A stretch of 32,000 nt of DNA from Planctopirus limnophila DSM 3776 (GTDB lineage: Bacteria > Planctomycetota > Planctomycetia > Planctomycetales > Planctomycetaceae), in the NCBI RefSeq assembly GCF_000092105.1, contig NC_014148.1, forward strand, positions 540,001 through 572,000. Reading direction: 5' to 3'. Of this stretch, positions 31,701 through 32,000 are shown in pieces; position 1 is the first letter of the stretch; every line of letters begins with the position of its first letter. The position numbers were made by a program, and so were the translations under genes. Below the pieces are notes generated by a model that saw nothing but the letters and a program-made list of their open reading frames with translations, was not told where the DNA came from and did not search any database.

Positions 31701-32000
31701 GCCGGTCATCAACTCGTTATCGTAAATCGATTCACGCCAGTGAGAATCGCGAGTTCCAGGGCCGCCGGTGTTTTCCACTGGCACGCCAGTTTCGACGTTC
31801 GCGAAGCGGGCGTTGTATTCCGCCGTCGCTTGAGCACCCGTGAAGCGTGGATCGGCTGTGCCGCCACCCTGCAACAGACCCTGGAGGTTCCAGACCGTGC
31901 CAATCCCGAGAACGTGTCCCATCTCATGGAGGATGACATCGAACAGCTGTCCGCTAGCCTCGAGGTTGGCGAGATCGGCACTGTCGAATCGCATGCCGCC
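28788..32000 (-). CDS. Giant secreted protein: leishmanolysin-like (M8-type metzincin) protease domain fused to about 600 aa of parallel beta-helix (PbH1) repeats; N-terminus outside the window
   Basis: The frame is open to base 32000. Zinc motif ILHEMGHVLG (HEMGH = 31914-31928), a third His in DSHWRE 58 residues later, and Met in NELMTG 11 residues after that. Many NNTI(D/V)xNGxDGI-type repeats lie at about 29700-31500. The C-terminal region is Gly/Asn/Thr-rich. Confidence 0.7.
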   Translation of the reverse strand, partial: GGMRFDSADLANLEASGQLFDVILHEMGHVLGIGTVWNLQGLLQGGGTADPRFTGAQATAEYNARFANVETGVPVENTGGPGTRDSHWRESIYDNELMTGFLNPGVDNPISRTTTASLADQGYVVNINASDPYLQAITSGSTPSSPSSTAEVVRTTNFTVTQAMAPHAALASIANNGLNGIEFNVVNSTIGGTISNNTIDGHIGGDGIRMINPTSGSSIDIVYDANTITNNTGGAGINLAANSTTILNQTFTNNTIDNNGDQGVNLVLADTAQATMTFTDNASISANGAEGVNFLVQNGSQLTTTFANNRVNNNTGIGINIVANGTNANAVNLTMEAGANPSLVNIVDNNRGAGVAVALSNTAGATVDISGTTISNTQLGTVAGYAGQGLSLRGVGSATYGGITIGDATDTTGTLFNGNNAEGIEITLTDNTLAPNVTVPSIVVQNIDSSANGSHGFSLNTRSFADVTDVSITGSTFNANEGAGDGLHFDREADSFIRNVLIDNNIITGNSDGIDITARARNLDADVYTITNNTIDNNRARGITAQLVADADLQVDIDTNSIQNNGGDGIQFSVNSALTDTPFISSVITNNTIVGNGNDGIDVSVAHSLSITDNTISENTANGINISGSSFNPNTNAQTVDTIVNNTIDANGSNGILVTSGGINNLQIADNDVTNSGNDGIQLNSSGAILTATIDNNLIALNTGDGLQYVATGSGNLPLGPNNVVLTNNDIAQNTRRGINLLNRGDANTVFTIGDGTIGNQNQVRRNQLEGIYVVNTASTTQDADANANTALLANGSIFASPNLQLNVDTNEVTANGRISNPAAVFDTTGLVLRVGTSDGGDGFDDEGGFAAGGRGGVIASVTDNIFGGHFGADVTFESFVSTSNPGATGGTWNYDNTAVFNPANNLFTPTNYQSDPLARLDLTFTGNTGQGIIATRTGASYTNSEAVFKSRTTDPGGSTAPGAPGSVNGPFGSDTRARNAQRLAARFTLPPTINIPANGGSDNFLFPGLGESTFRVNANANAANVGFGGTLFIFDAPAYIGTGSAGGVGATGGGPFGIDNMPFGWGRLP

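Overview
By manual reading, this is a chromosomal core-genome segment. EF-Tu, an unusually large signal peptidase I and beta-helix exoproteins suggest Planctomycetota (PVC-type), but I cannot verify the taxon.

The centre (4.3-15.0 kb) is the classic translation/transcription string: tRNA-Thr(TGT), tRNA-Tyr, tRNA-Gly, tRNA-Thr(GGT), tuf, rpmG, tRNA-Trp, secE, nusG, rplK, rplA, rplJ, rplL, rpoB.

- **Left flank:** a truncated GT39/ArnT-like glycosyltransferase, a secreted beta-propeller glycosidase-like protein and a 591-aa signal peptidase I.
- **Right of rpoB:** five minus-strand genes, namely a membrane-anchored CX5R phosphatase, a GT2 polyprenyl-phosphate glycosyltransferase, cardiolipin synthase, an ExeA-like AAA ATPase and a small lipoprotein.
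- **Further right:** gyrB, prs, tRNA-Thr(CGT) and a YggS-type PLP protein.
- **Final minus-strand block:** a truncated >1068-aa leishmanolysin-like metalloprotease fused to a long parallel beta-helix, an STN/secretin-N-like coiled-coil protein, an ECF sigma factor and an overlapping membrane protein.

I saw no CRISPR array, transposase, integrase, rRNA or prophage signature. Most of the window is ordinary.

The observations most worth a second look are:
- rpoB ends in a strong terminator and no rpoC follows.
- An ECF sigma, a putative anti-sigma and a barrel-less STN-like protein sit next to the giant exoprotein.
- A dual-specificity-type phosphatase lies near cardiolipin synthase.
- An orphan ExeA-like ATPase has a degenerate Walker B motif.
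- A repeated palindromic element follows both gyrB and prs.

All functional calls come from motif recognition by eye, and none was confirmed by a search.
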